The notes: a model not told the origin generated them from the sequence alone. Positions 1 to 12,345 are shown, numbered from the stretch's first letter. The stretch is DNA of 64,000 nucleotides from an uncultured Nitrososphaerales archaeon (GCA_963695855.1 CAVOHZ010000006.1:164229-228228), one strand, 5' to 3'. Numbers and translations: made by a program.

Positions 1-1822
1 AGAGTATCTATAGAAGTGATTGGATCCTAATCCTCTATTGGGAGTCCCGGGTCTGCATGAGATTGTAAAGTTTTTGCAACCTTCCACTCCATTAACTTTA
101 TTTGTGATTCGCTATATTCTGGTTCTATAATTCCAGCCTCTTTGGCGTATTTGTCATAGGTGGAAACATCTTTTCAAGAATTTCTGGATGTTCTTTTGAC
201 AAATCTGTTGCTTCACGAATATCTTGTTTTATGTTAAATAGCTTCCGCTGTTAGTCTCCCAAAGGTATGACATGGTACCGTGCTTTCCAGTCACCCATTT
301 ATACCAATTTGTGACCAAATATCTCTGCTGATAATATTTCATCATCGTTGTGGATCTTTTCAAAATTACCTTCTAAGAGTGGTTTTATGGATTTTCCCAT
401 TATTGGACTGACTTGTTTTCTTTATACTCTAAACCAGAATATGTAGTATTTGCATATTCTAGAATTGTTGGAGTCATATCGCTGACATGAACAAATTGCT
501 TTACAATATCAAGTTCAGGTGTATTTGTTGCATGTGGTTCTGTTATTACAAATGGTGACATTATGCCTCCATTATACATGGTTGTACTTGTTCCTGAATA
601 AGCAGTATTGGACATGACAGCTCCCTGCCATCCATATCCCCAATACGAGTCTTTGCCGCCTATGGCATCAAAGGCTTTGTTGAATATATTTTTAAATTCT
701 TTCCTTAGCATGAACACCTGCACCATCAGTATCTCCTGCCAAAGGGGAATCAGATGGCTCACTACCACCGTTGTCTGATGTGAACATTATTATAGTATTG
801 TCATATTCACCTGTATCCTTAAGGAATTGAATCAGCTTTTCTATATTATAATCGGTGATACCAGCATGTGCTGCAAATATCGGTGATCTTTGTTTTTGTT
901 CATCTACTGGTAAGGCATTCGAGTCTACAAAAGTTGGAAAGCTTTGTGGTAATGTCATATTTGTAGACCATATTCCTAGTTCTTTTTGTTTTTCAAACCT
1001 TTGTTCTCTTACTTTATCCCATCCACCATCGTAAACTCCCTCATATTTTTTTATGTACTGCTGTGGGGCCTGGAATGGTGTATGTGCTACCTGGAATGCA
1101 AGATATCCGAAAAATGGTTTGTCGTTTTCTTTAGATTTCTTGATAAATTCGATCATTTTATCTGTGTAAAATTCATTTGAAAACTGAGTACCGTTTGGTT
1201 TGTCAACTATTTTGCCATTATCTATGTAAGTAGTAAACCCGCCAGGATAGTATGGTCCAGATGTAAAATGATTTGGTCCAGATTCAAGCAATGTAAAACT
1301 CTGGTCAAATCCTCTATCGGCCGTGCCAGTGCCTTAATGGTATCCTTTTCCTGATAAATGCCATTTACCTGAAAGAAGTGTATCATAACCCGAATCCCTT
1401 AATAACTCTGCAACGGTAACAACCCTGTCAGTAATATAAGTCTCATACCCTGTTTTATTCACCTAATTGAGAGCAATGTTTTCAAACATAGTACCGATCC
1501 CATCTAGATGATTATCAACGCCAGTAAGAAAAATGCTTCTTGCCAGAGAACATACTGGATGTGTATAATAATTGGTCAACATTTTTCCTTCCTTTGCTAT
1601 TTGATCTAAATTAGGCGTTGAAATCTCACTTCCAAATACACCTATATCAGAAAAACCAAAATCATCTCCCATAATTACTAGTATGTTTGGACGATTATTT
1701 GCTGAAACCGCTTCAGAATGGGCAATTACAGATGAAACGACCATCAAGGATAGTGTAATCATCAAACTAGATATCAACAAAAAGAAAAACAATGTTGTTG
1801 GTAATGAAATATGTTTTATCAC
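1..1822 (-). pseudogene. Arylsulfatase (AtsA-like), fragmented by stops and frameshifts
   Basis: ORFs 1463-1822 (signal peptide, RPNILVIMGDDFGFSD, CSLAR variant of CxPxR), 692-1291 (KPFFGYLAFQVAHTPFQAP, FTSDNGG) and 400-768 are consecutive sulfatase segments in different frames; the distal end is not resolved. Confidence 0.9.
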
Positions 1823-1984
1823 GTTAAAATTTAACGTCTTATTATATATCCATACCTGATGGGTTCCATATTGCTAACCCAACACAACTATATCTTTGCC
1901 AATATTATACAATCGGCGTTAGATGGATGAAACTACTTGTTGTATAATAAGTACACCGTTTGAAGAACGCATAAAATCTAGTTT

Positions 1985-3028
1985 ATGAATCAAGAGGTTT
2001 GTCATGGAACAAAAAAAGAAAGATTGTTATATAACTATTGTATATTAAAATATGTGAAAACCTGGTATTTTAAGAACCCAATAAGGCATGGTAGTTATGT
2101 ACCTTTTGCATCTCATCTTTTGAATACATCGAATACAAAATTATTACAAGTATCAACTCGCAATCACTTTAACCTTCAGACAAGTGAATTGAATCCGTCT
2201 CATAATATAGAAGATTATGACTCATATAATGTTCCTGGATTAAATGGAAATCCTTTTTCTGACAATAATGAATTAGCAGTATATATTCATGGAGTATGGA
2301 CCGGACAGATTGCTGCTAAAGAGCAGCTAGATAGAACAAATTTATCATTGAAAACTAATGAATATGATATTCCAGTAGTAGGTTTTAGCTGGGATTCGAA
2401 CACTGTTATAAATCCTTCAGGATGGGCTATTGCTAAATCTATAGCAAATCAGAATGGGCCGAAGCTAGCAAAATTTCTGTGTGATTTTAGAATCAATTGT
2501 CAAAATCACCATATTAGAATAATTGCGCATTCTTTGGGCGCAAAAGTAGTTGAAAGTGCCTTGATAAGCTTAAATAATAATAATCAAATGTGGAAGAAAG
2601 GTTCATTTGATAATATTACGTCTGTACATTTTATAGGAGCTGCCATTAGTGATAGGGCAACATCAAAGAATACAGAGCTTGGATCAGCCATTGATGGTAT
2701 AGTAGACAACTTTTATAATCTATATAATCCTAACGACAATGCCCTTCAAGGTGCATACTTTAAGACAGAAAATGAACATCCATTGGGTTTATTTGGCCTA
2801 AAAAAAGGAGAGCCATTTCCTGCAAATTATACGGAACGTAATGTTATGCACGAAATTCCGCCATTTAAGAGCGCAAGTGGGCTATACAAATCACTTTCTG
2901 ATAATGCAGTATTTGAATGGGGAAATAACCATTCTGCATATATTGGTTTTAGAGATGTCAACGGTAAGTTAAAAGACGATGGAGCTATCAACCAAATTGT
3001 AGCAGATTGGAAGGTTAATAATAAATAG
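1985..3028 (+). CDS. Alpha/beta hydrolase (DUF726/DUF900-like)
   Basis: YIHG, GFSWDS, nucleophile elbow AHSLG, LYNPND, C-terminal His; true start uncertain. Confidence 0.75.
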   Translation: MNQEVCHGTKKERLLYNYCILKYVKTWYFKNPIRHGSYVPFASHLLNTSNTKLLQVSTRNHFNLQTSELNPSHNIEDYDSYNVPGLNGNPFSDNNELAVYIHGVWTGQIAAKEQLDRTNLSLKTNEYDIPVVGFSWDSNTVINPSGWAIAKSIANQNGPKLAKFLCDFRINCQNHHIRIIAHSLGAKVVESALISLNNNNQMWKKGSFDNITSVHFIGAAISDRATSKNTELGSAIDGIVDNFYNLYNPNDNALQGAYFKTENEHPLGLFGLKKGEPFPANYTERNVMHEIPPFKSASGLYKSLSDNAVFEWGNNHSAYIGFRDVNGKLKDDGAINQIVADWKVNNK

Positions 3029-3291
3029 TAATAATAATTTAGTGTGTATTATTTGGTAAAGTTATTCATTTATATTATTTTTACAAAAAAATTTGAGATT
3101 ATCAAAATCTTCTGAAATTAAAATGATAGACTGGAAGAGTACAAAAATGATAAATCAAAATGATCATGATATAGACAGTAAATATGACTAATTATTTTTT
3201 TATTAGAGCATTTTCTGAAATCAGCTTATGCAAATGCATTTCTAGGAAAGGATGTAATTACTGCGGCACTTATTAACAGGACCCCTATAGT

Positions 3292-4417
3292 TATACCAAC
3301 TAGCATATATTTTCTAATCAAATTTATTATTATCATATATGATATAGAGTAAAAGCTATCAATCATCATGTTTATTCCCTAACATCATCACAGTGTATTC
3401 CAAAAATGAATTGATTAAATTATACAAGAAGGAAACTAATATCAAAGTAAAGGAAAGATTACTTCTTGTAATAAAGGTAAAATATGACAATATAATTCCT
3501 GCTTATGCTTCTGATGAACTACATAGAAGTAGACCATGGGGATTGTACTGGTTGGATAGATTCTCACAAGAAGGAGTGGAAGGATTAAAAAACAGACCAA
3601 AAAGTGGTAGACATCCCGATATAGCAGAAGAGACAGTATATGAGATAAAAAACGAATTAGCATCCAGTAAACAGGGTTGGACCACAAAACAGGTAGAAGA
3701 TCTGATTGTAGGAAAATTGGAATAAGATACCATTATACACATATTTACAGACTCATGCACAAGTGGGGATTCAAACAGAAGATACCCAAACAGGTACATG
3801 TAAATACAGCAACAAGAGAAGAGAAGGAACGTTTTAAAAAACAGCCAGAAAGATACTGGACAATAATCTCCACGACGAAGGATTCACGGTAGTATCTACA
3901 GATGAATCATTTTTCTTCTATGATTCACTCGTCAGGAAAGTATGGATAAGCAAGGATGAAAGACCAGTTGTAAGAATAACTGGTTCTCATCAGGAATCCG
4001 TTCTATTTGGTGCCACAAGTTTAGAAGGAAAACAGATATTCAGGCAATACGACTGGTTTGATGAAAACACATTTTTAGATTATCTGAAACAGATACGCAG
4101 AAAGTTTCCAAAATGCTATCTGTTTCTGGATAAGGCAAAACAACATCACAGATCAAAAAAGGTACTGGAATATTTTGATAAACACAAAAAAGATCTAATT
4201 CCAGTATATCTTCCAACTGCATCTCCTGAATTTATGGTACTGGAAGAGATATGGCATCTAGCCAAAAATGATCTGCTTGTTCTACAATACTATTCATCCT
4301 TTACAGATTTCAAAAATAAAATATCCTCGTATTTTAGAACAAAAAGATTCCATCTGGATATGAGGAACTATCTACTTGCTAAAATTGATAATTAGAAAAC
4401 ATAAGCTAGTTGGTATA
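3292..4417 (+). mobile_element. IS630-family insertion sequence
   Basis: TIRs TATACCAACTAGCATATATTTTCTAAT / ATTAGAAAACATAAGCTAGTTGGTATA including the TA target; HTH ORF from 3393; slippery TTTTAAAAAAA near 3835 leads into the DDE frame (STDES, FLDKA, SPEFMVLEEIW) ending near 4394; an extra frameshift near 3715 probably inactivates it. Confidence 0.92.
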
Positions 4418-4936
4418 GGAATATTAATACGTTTTTCATAGTAAAAATTTATCCACTATTATATGACAAAAGTGTATCTTCCGTTTTTTATATACAACTA
4501 TATTCATGTATCAATACCAAGATCATCCCGTAAAAAACTGCCTGCATTTTATTTTTCCCTTTTTTTTTACGATAATGAATAGACATATTGCTAGAATAAA
4601 TATTAAACTTAGAATATACTCTACCAAAAGGAACAAAATCAACTAATAATGATCATTTTGTTATTATCTTAAAATAAATTGATTCAATCATTTAAAGCTA
4701 TTATAGAGAGAAGCCAAAAGCGGATCTGATATAACAAACTCTAAAGTTTAGAATTTAAGATGGTTCACATTTCTACATATATTTCATAAAGTAAAAATCA
4801 ATGGTATTCACATTGATTTTTTATCACAAGCATATAGGAAATTAGTATTTGATTTAGTTATTCTTGCAATCAGGTGTACATACATGATCAAAACAAATAT
4901 CTCAGAAACAGTAAAAAACAATATAAAAAAACTAAC

Positions 4937-5985
4937 TGTTGTACTTACCAACATAGGTTACAATTTCATTTACCGAGATAGGTAACACTTCCTAATCTGC
5001 TAGGAAGTGTATAAAAAATAGAATTCCAAACAAAATTTAATTTAATTCATGAGAAAGAGTCGACTGGAGATACTGTAACTAATATCTGTAATAGATATCA
5101 TACATCTAGAAAGTCATACTACAAATGGAAGAACAGGTACCTTGAGAATGGAATAGACGGTTTACGGGATAAAAGTAGGAAACCATATAATATACAACCT
5201 GGAAAAGTAACAAATGAGATAGAACAGGAAATATTGGATTTACGTGTAACAAAAAGATTTGGTTGCAATCGCATAAGGTTCAGGTTAAGACGACTGAATG
5301 ATATCTCCTTCAGTACAAAAACCATCTACAAGATACTGAAAAGACATGGACTGAACATACTAAGATGCAAGATCAGAAATAGAAAATACAAAAGATTTGC
5401 AATGGAAAAACCCAATCAAATGGTACAGATGGACATTTTAGGACCATTTTACCTTGAGAATTCTACTCAAAAGAACTATTTTATCAGTTGTGAAGATGAC
5501 TGTTCAAGAAAGGTAACAAGTGACTGGTCTGAAAGAAAACGAAGTGTAGATGTACTACAGGTACTGGAAGACTACATAGTAGAGAATGGTAAACCTCTCA
5601 AGGTACTGCATGATAATGGTAAACAGCTTACATCCAAAATATTCAGACGTTTTCTACAACGTAACAACATTAAAGATAAATCCATACCTGCTAGATATCC
5701 ACAACTACAGGGTAAAATTGAAGCATATAACAAGATAGTCAAAAATGAATTTTTGGCAATAGAAAATATTTCCAACAGAGAAGAAGGAAAGAGAAGATAT
5801 TCCATGTTTGTCAAAGCATACAATGAAACAAGAGAACATGGTGGAATCAATGGTCACACACCATCTGAAATGTTTCTTATGAAAGGAAGATTAAATAGTT
5901 GTAAGAATATCAAAACAAATAAGCAGATAAAAAGTGTTACCCATGTTGGTAAGTGAATCTGTTACCTATCTGTGTAAGTACAACA
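4937..5985 (+). mobile_element. IS481-family element, copy 1
   Basis: TGTTGTACTTAC...GTAAGTACAACA ends, 6-bp TSD ACTAAC, rve transposase (QMDILGP, HDNG, GKIE). Confidence 0.93.
5018..5956 (+). CDS. IS481 transposase (HTH + integrase core); frame open from ATA 5018
   Basis: The frame extends 72 codons upstream of the called 5234 start and includes the HTH segment ICNRYHTSRKSYYKWKNRY. Confidence 0.85.
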   Translation: MEFQTKFNLIHEKESTGDTVTNICNRYHTSRKSYYKWKNRYLENGIDGLRDKSRKPYNIQPGKVTNEIEQEILDLRVTKRFGCNRIRFRLRRLNDISFSTKTIYKILKRHGLNILRCKIRNRKYKRFAMEKPNQMVQMDILGPFYLENSTQKNYFISCEDDCSRKVTSDWSERKRSVDVLQVLEDYIVENGKPLKVLHDNGKQLTSKIFRRFLQRNNIKDKSIPARYPQLQGKIEAYNKIVKNEFLAIENISNREEGKRRYSMFVKAYNETREHGGINGHTPSEMFLMKGRLNSCKNIKTNKQIKSVTHVGK

Positions 5986-6477
5986 ACTAACAAAGGATCA
6001 TTTAACAGGTTATCCAATCAACAAACGAAATCTTACTGTAGTAATTTTTCTCATGCCTAAAAAAGAGATAAAGTCCGTTAAAAAATATATATAACTAAAA
6101 GAATTTTACCTGTATTCACCAAAGCATAGTATATTATAGTTTTTATAGATTGGCTCAATTAATCGGATTATGAATTTATATGATAAAGAAATAATAAACC
6201 ACCATCTTGATACATAAAGACTAGTGATAATAATACAACTATTCAATCAGAGAACAATCACGTACCAATCATTGTAAACTGTCAAATCCACAAGCCACAG
6301 ATTATTATACATCACTGTATCATACCGATAGATAAGATATCAAACATGATACAGCAGTGTTATTTGCATAAAGGAATACGTTTAGCGGGGACTTTTACAT
6401 AAATGCGCAACAATCAAGTACTATTCATTAAGTTTGAAACCATCGAAAATATATATAAGTATTTAATTTGTAACGAT

Positions 6478-6969
6478 ATGAAGCCAGACATCAACATAGA
6501 ATCTACTTTACTAGTATTGATAGTTCTCACTCTTTCCGTAACTATAGTACACTTTGAATATGCAAATGCACAAACTATTAGTTCAGCTGATCCTAAGGAA
6601 CTAATAAAAGAATTTAAAACAGGAAAGGACATTATTCAAAAGGACATTCAGGTTTATTTCAATCAATTAACTAATGAAGTTAAATCACAACTAAATTTTA
6701 GTTCGGTCGATTCACATCTTTCAATGGCATCTCAACATCTTGTAAATGGAAGAATATCTGAAGGATTATCTGAATTGGAAACTGCAAATCAAGAATGGAA
6801 GAATTCCAGTATAACAATTATTAAAACAGGAAATGAATTTGTTTCTTTTGCTAAAAGTAATTCGACATCTATGAGTGATAGTTCAAGAGAGATTTTAGAT
6901 CATTTCGGAAATATTTTAGTAAATTTGGGAAAGAAAGTTGATAATTTGAGAATTCAACTTTCCAATTGA
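6478..6969 (+). CDS. Secreted or membrane-anchored helical hypothetical protein
   Basis: Hydrophobic N-terminus ending ANA-Q; likely start MKPD. Confidence 0.65.
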   Translation: MKPDINIESTLLVLIVLTLSVTIVHFEYANAQTISSADPKELIKEFKTGKDIIQKDIQVYFNQLTNEVKSQLNFSSVDSHLSMASQHLVNGRISEGLSELETANQEWKNSSITIIKTGNEFVSFAKSNSTSMSDSSREILDHFGNILVNLGKKVDNLRIQLSN

Positions 6970-7688
6970 ATTACATCTAATTATATACAATTAGATTATT
7001 ATTTTTATAGTTTGAAAATATGGTAATCGGAATTTTCTTTACATCATAATATGAGAAGACATACATGTTGAATGTGTATGAAAAAGAAATTGAAATAATA
7101 GATGTAAATTATAGTTATTAATTTATTAGTGAAAGAGAATCCAAATCAACAAATAAAATAATTATAAATGTAAGTCCAAATGTAGACAGATATAATTATT
7201 GTATTAACAATATGATGTTTGATATGAAAGTTACCGATGATGAAGCTGATAAATTGATCATAATTGATAATGAAAAACCTAAAAGAAAATACCAATCTAA
7301 CGATGTCATTGAGAACATCAAATCACAAGGTAATAGAGGATTTGAAACTCAACTCGAATCAATTACAATTTTATTATTTCCTTCGGAACAACTTTCTGAA
7401 CAAGGTTATCAAAATTTTAAAGGAAATCTCTTCTGCACGCTTTCAATAATTCTCACTTGAGGAGTTTTTTGTAGATTCAATAGAATATAGAGAATTGTTA
7501 TTAGGAAATGGATTTAATTTATTTATTGGAAAAGTTCTTCTACATTAAAATATTGAGAAAGATCTTAAAATTGAATTCATTTGAAATATAGTAAGATAAG
7601 AATAAACCATTCCATTTGAATTCGTCTTAGATTTAAACACAATGAATATGCTAATTACACACAAATTCGATTTTAGTTCAGATGGCTC

Positions 7689-7807
7689 GGCTCTGTTAAG
7701 TTAAGCAAAAACTACAAATTAAATTGAAAAAATCTACTAAAATTGAGTGTAGAACATTATAGATAAACAAAACATATCTTATATTTTATACTTAACTTAA
7801 CAGGGCC
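7689..7807. mobile_element. IS6-derived MITE (119 bp)
   Basis: 17-bp TIRs GGCTCTGTTAAGTTAAG / CTTAACTTAACAGGGCC, no ORF, no clear TSD. Confidence 0.8.
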
Positions 7808-7829
7808 CAAAAAATTACAGTGTTTTAAA

Positions 7830-8033
7830 TTAATTATAACTTATCCAGAAGTGACCAAAACTACAATTAAGCGATCTCATTGTTTGTAATGAAGAATCAC
7901 ATTCTACCCCATTACCGTCTTCATTATAGTATCCACCTGAAGTTTGAAAGAATGGCTTGATCTCAAGTACAAATACTTTACTTCTTAAGTTAAATTGTTT
8001 ACATATTGGACAAATGATTCTATCTTCCATCAA
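7830..8033 (-). CDS. Small Zn-finger-like protein
   Basis: CPIC ... CSFGH motifs. Confidence 0.5.
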   Translation of the reverse strand: MMEDRIICPICKQFNLRSKVFVLEIKPFFQTSGGYYNEDGNGVECDSSLQTMRSLNCSFGHFWISYN

Positions 8034-8194
8034 AATTTCTATGATGTCGTTGCTATTATTATTTACTGATCAATTTTGATCTTACATTGATCTTTATCTT
8101 ATTTCTTTTGATATAATAGTACTGTTAAGATTTAGAGAAACTATATCTCTAGAAGTATTGTTATTGATCTTATTATTGATATCTCTGAAAATAT

Positions 8195-8916
8195 GGCTCT
8201 GTTAAGTTAAGCAGTAAATTTATAGCTAGGCACGTTCTGTTTATGATATGAAAATTAGATTTGAGGGAAACATAACATCCACTTTTATTGTAATGTATTC
8301 TCTTTATCTATACTTTCTTGGTTTAGGTTTACGAAATGCTTCTAAGGCATTAGTGATATTCAGAGAGGAGAAGAGAAGTTATGTTTCTGTTTGCAATTGG
8401 ATTCAGAGATTTGTATCCTGTCAGATCTATAAACGTAAAAGAGTATCTGCATTCATAATCGATGAGACAATGATTCAGATTGGTAACCAGTACTTCTGGT
8501 TATGGTTTTGTATTGAACCAGTCCACAGTTCTGTGCTTGGAATCTATCTCCCAGAAGAGAGAAACATGATAGTCGCTGAAAAATTTATTCGATCTCTTAT
8601 CAAAATATGGAAAATATACCGAGTATACAGATAATGGAGGTACATGCTATGATAAAGCATGTAACGTAATTGGATTAAAACAGTATCTACACTCACCGTT
8701 TCAGAAAAATTTTGATGGAAAGAGTCAACCAGCATTTGAAAGACAGAATAAAAAGTTTTATTGACTACTCTCCTTGTAGGCAAAAAGAGGAATGTAATCT
8801 ATTTCATTTACATAACTGGATACAATTCTTTGTTTCGATGTATAATGATACTATAGCAAATAATAAGAATTATTTTTGGTTAAAGGAGGTGAATATTAAC
8901 TTGATTTAATACAGCC
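8195..8916 (+). mobile_element. IS6-family element with degenerate transposase
   Basis: Left end GGCTCTGTTAAGTTAAG, right end TTAATACAGCC; fragments 8248-8634 (IIDET) and 8712-8909 (MERV..KDR). Confidence 0.88.
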
Positions 8917-9317
8917 TAAAATTATAAAGTTATTTATTCAAATCTTATGCGTTATTCGAGATTAAATCTATAAGTCATTAACAAAAAAAAGAATATGTAA
9001 ATGATACAGTTCATATGAATACCTGTGAATGCAGAGGTGATGTAATGGATATTGATGAAAAAGTTCATGTCTTTGAAAAATCCAATTTAGATGGATATTG
9101 TAATCTATTTCAGTTTATTAATAATAGTAGAAGAAAGACTAGAAAGGACGGATTCATGGAAATTCATTGCTATCAGGGCGCGCAACATTCAGAAAATAGA
9201 AGAATCAATTTTAACGAATGTACAGAAAAATTTGACTCTTCTTCATACCCTAAATTTGGTAGATAAAAAAATTTCTAAAAATATTAATAATTTTAATATG
9301 TATTCATATCAGGGGAA

Positions 9318-9764
9318 ATGAATCATCAATATAATTTAAATATAATTTTATTAGTAATGATTGGGATATGTGGTATCTTTTTAGCTTTTCCTCTATTCGA
9401 AAATATATATACAAAAGATGATTCTGACAAATCTACCAAACAGGAAGATATTGATGAAAATGAATCAGAAAACAACAATATAATTCCTAATCAATACATT
9501 ATATATCTCAACGATAATAAACAAGGTAGCAATTCTATTGACCCACTTGAATTTTTTAATTCTGAATTGAAAGATACTGGAACAGAACTATTACATGTCT
9601 ACGATAATGTTGCAAAAGGATTTGCAATAAAGGTTCCCAACGAAAAAGTTCTAGAAAAACTGAAAAATAATCCATCTGTGAAATATATAGGACAAGATAA
9701 AAGAACAACAGCTTTTACAGATTCAGACAGCGACGAACAGAAAATAACAATAAAAGTAAATTAA
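9318..9764 (+). CDS. Stand-alone peptidase inhibitor I9 (subtilisin propeptide-like) protein
   Basis: N-terminal TM/signal, IPNQYIIYL, HVYDNVAKGFAIK, LKNNPSVKYIGQD. Confidence 0.8.
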   Translation: MNHQYNLNIILLVMIGICGIFLAFPLFENIYTKDDSDKSTKQEDIDENESENNNIIPNQYIIYLNDNKQGSNSIDPLEFFNSELKDTGTELLHVYDNVAKGFAIKVPNEKVLEKLKNNPSVKYIGQDKRTTAFTDSDSDEQKITIKVN

Positions 9765-10559
9765 TAATATTATTTTATCATAATAATATGATATTTTGGT
9801 TTAACACCCTTGACTATGTTACCTTATCTTCTGGAGTTATCTAATATCTCCACTAGATCTTTATATTTTAAAATAGATCCCATCTCTTAAAATAAATTAT
9901 TTTATGTTTCACCTGATACAAAAAATATGTAGACATAAAATATGTGGCTAAAATAAGAGTTCAAAAACAAAGGCAAGAACCAAAAGAATAAAAATACTTT
10001 ATGAATGTATTATTCTATACATTATTTATTTTTATCATGAAATGTGTGAACATGTCAGACTTTATCGTACGATATCTAGCGAACTAATAAAGATCAACTT
10101 AGCATTATGATTAATATGATATTTGCCGCAAAATTTCCCATCGATCTTTGGAATCCAATTTACTTGATCGCTATCAATATCAATATCAATATCAATATCA
10201 TTATCTTTAAAATCTTTTCTAATCTTTTTTAGACATTGCTCAAATATAGAAAATTTTGTCCTCTCTCTAAAAGATAAAGACCTGATTTTCCAAATGTTCA
10301 AATTTATATTGTATTGGCCTTTCAGGCCATTTGCTGGCAAACAATACTAAAGATATGGTAAACTTTTTAATCGAAAGCAGTATTAATACTCATTTTTGAC
10401 CCGTGGTATTTTTATATAAAAGTGTCATTTATTGAGTCTCAATTATACATATATTATTTTTCTTTATTCTTCTTTCTCTTTGCAAATTTTTTACGATTTT
10501 TGTTTCTTTTCTTTGATACATTCGAACTTTCATTTGTTTTATGACAGCAAAGAATAATT

Positions 10560-11260
10560 AAATTGTAAGCGTAATGTTAAGAAAAAATTTCTATAAACTT
10601 TTTTGTATCGTTCTATGCTGTAACTTTAACAGGACATAGTTAAAATAAATGCCCATAAACGATAAATAAAAGAAATCTTGTATACTGGATTTGCGTTCAG
10701 ACAATCCATCTATCCTTTTTTCTTCAATGATGATTTTTAATTTCAAGCCTTTTAAAGTATTCCGTAGGATGTAATACTTATCTAGATCTTTTGACAGACC
10801 ATTGAAGTATTCTTTATTATCGCTAGACTTTGTATTCAGATAGTCTGTTTTAAAATAATATCAGGACGGACAGTAGGTGATCCTCGGTAAATCCATTTTT
10901 CAATAAATAGTTCAAAATAGAAAAAAGCTGAGGTTGTGCTTTTATTGTATCACGTTTCGATTGTATGTTTTGATCTAACAAAGAATTTTCATTTTGTTTT
11001 TCCAATTTCAATTTTTCTAATCGAGATATCTCATGGTATTCAGCTAGTAATCTGAATAATATGGCTTTAACTTGTTGTTTATCGATTTGATTTTCATCTG
11101 CAATTTCTTGAATCACTGAATTCAATTTCTGAAAATCTAACAAACCAAATCCCATATCTGCTAAATCCATCAGTGCAACATCCATTATATTATGTGGAGA
11201 TATCTCTTCTTTATACATAGGAAGCCTTGTTTCTAAGTTTTTAAGAACGATACCATCTAT
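10560..11260 (-). pseudogene. Fragmented coiled-coil protein, paralogue of 53991-56414
   Basis: ORF 10850-11218 plus a downstream frame LSKDLDKYYILRNTLKGL resembling LSKDLDKYKTVRDTLKGL; boundaries approximate. Confidence 0.65.
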
Positions 11261-11297
11261 TGGTTCGACTGAAGCAGATAAAATACTATTTGTATTA

Positions 11298-11436
11298 TTT
11301 CAGATCCTTTTCAGATCTCTTTCAAATTCTTTCTTACCACTTCCAAATCTCTAGAAATGTTTCCGATCCCTTTTAGATCCCTTTCAGATAGTTATTTTTT
11401 AGATTTTAAATGTCTTATAAATCCTTTTCAGATCCC
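11298..11436. repeat. Array of about 9 imperfect 11-bp direct repeats, consensus TTTCAGATCCY
   Basis: Units at 11298, 11309, 11320, 11360, 11371, 11382 and 11426, plus degenerate ones. Confidence 0.8.
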
Positions 11437-11542
11437 TGTTAAAAGATGATCCGTGTTAAATTTCAAGCCCAAATTTCAACCTCAAAGAGATAAATATATT
11501 TTCTACTAGATCGAATCTTCATAATTATACTCCTGAAACTTA

Positions 11543-12273
11543 GAGCCTATCCCAAAATTAACCTCCCATAAACAATTATGCTATTAGCCAATTGTACAAG
11601 ACCAAGATCGTTCTCATCATCCTTCTTTTCCTACCTTGTAAATAATTTCCTGAATCGATTATGCCATGAATTTGTTCTTTCTATGACCCATCTTCTTGCA
11701 GGATGTTTCCTAGGAAATATTTCTTCTTCTCGTCTGGGTCGTATATGTGGAATATATCCCCTTTCGAGAATTTCTTGTTCCACTTCCTTCGAATGATATG
11801 CTTTATCAAGGCACAGGTTCTGTTTCTTCTGTTTATAGTTTGGTTTGTATGATGATGATGAGGGTCTTTTGATAACCATGCTGTCAAGTGATTGCCAGGT
11901 CAATTTGATTCCTATCTTCTGATCGTATGTTTTTAATAGTCTTGTTCATATTCTATCAAATATATCTGATTCTCTACATTTTTGAAATCTTCTGTGACAT
12001 GTTGAACCAGAACCATAGTCTTTGGGTAACAATTTCCACTGACATCTAGTTCTCAGGATAAACATGATACCATCAAATACTTTTCTATATGAAACAATTG
12101 GACGGCCTATGGTGTTATCTGGCTTCTCTCCTGGTAGAATATTTTTGATTTCATTCCAAAGATCATCTGGAGTGCGATTAATTGGTCTAACATGCTTTCT
12201 AGTCTTAACCATCATTATCAGATATGATAAGAAACCAATGAGCTATATTCCTATCTATTTTGGGGATAGGCTC
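11543..12273 (-). mobile_element. IS5-family (IS427-like) element with internal deletion
   Basis: TIRs GAGCCTATCCC.AAAT, TTA on both flanks; lacks about 190 bp (ISVKSPLGG..TIDN) relative to the copy at 51666. Confidence 0.9.
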
Positions 12274-12345
12274 TTAATATTTTCTCTTTAACCAACTATA
12301 CATCTTGATTTCTTTATATGCATATAGATCAAATAAGAATTATGA

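Noticed and set aside
5119-5850. Minus-strand ORFs recurring in the IS481 copies (also 32482, 32938, 56597, 57806)
   Set aside because: Antisense shadows of the transposase; they recur only because the IS is repeated
10178-10200. ATCAAT hexamer repeat
   Set aside because: Simple microsatellite in a doubtful ORF
11298-11436. Possible CRISPR array
   Set aside because: Units are 11 bp with no unique spacers, and there are no cas genes
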